A DNA stretch of 64,000 bases from Styela clava. Its lineage: Eukaryota. Every line of letters starts with the position of its first letter. The first letter of the stretch is position 1. A model generated the notes under the pieces. It worked only from the letters and a program-made list of their open reading frames with translations, was not told the origin of the DNA and searched no databases. Positions 63,682-64,000 of the stretch are shown in pieces. The position numbers and the translations under genes were made by a program. The stretch lies in the NCBI RefSeq assembly GCF_964204865.1, contig NC_135254.1:8866001-8930000 (forward strand), read 5' to 3'.

Positions 63682-64000
63682 TGTGCTCAAATATAACAAA
63701 CTGTTGGCTCGACTTAAAATACAGTGAATGAAGTTCAGGACCCATCTCTGCACTTTTATACAGTTTTCGATAATTATTTGTAAATTGTTTCCAAAAACGC
63801 GTAATAAGATTTAATTGTTTATTAGTTTTTTTGTTATTATAATTTTCAATTCTAATTACGTTGATTATAAAGTAGTGATTGTTATTGCGGCTGTGATATC
63901 ACACTTGGTCTGGTGCAAAAGTATAATTGTTCTGAAGAAATATAAACAATACCTGGCAAATATATCTTTCTAAAATGGTTGATCCCTCCCATTGTTAAGG

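Overview
AT-rich, intron-containing eukaryotic DNA. It is an invertebrate animal; an ascidian or similar invertebrate deuterostome is my inference from gene style and repeat types, not proven. 1-28.7 kb: a birth-and-death array made of a ~12.95 kb tandem duplication plus older inverted remnants. In it, 4-exon NAT8/camello-like GNAT acetyltransferase genes (2 intact, 3 pseudogene fragments) sit tail-to-tail with a family of tiny spliced secreted-peptide genes that the ORF track misses or only partly captures (7 copies, 2 clearly intact, 50 aa). The same region holds a heavily decayed core-2/I-branching GlcNAc-transferase-like relic, a 17-bp minisatellite and a non-autonomous IS3EU-type DNA transposon with a 6-bp TSD. 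28.7-38 kb: repeat-rich, with no intact gene found. 38.2-48.3 kb: a very recent 2,602-bp tandem triplication running into a full-length but disabled hAT transposon (8-bp TSD). 50.5-64 kb: conserved genes, namely DUSP12 (single coding exon plus a partial 3' duplicate), DRAM (4 coding exons), FLCN (single coding exon, possibly co-transcribed with DRAM) and a 9-exon astacin metalloprotease with an N-terminal antistasin-like module and two ShK domains. The best candidate for an undescribed system is the repeated secreted micro-peptide plus NAT8-like acetyltransferase module. All gene models were spliced by hand and no database searches were run.
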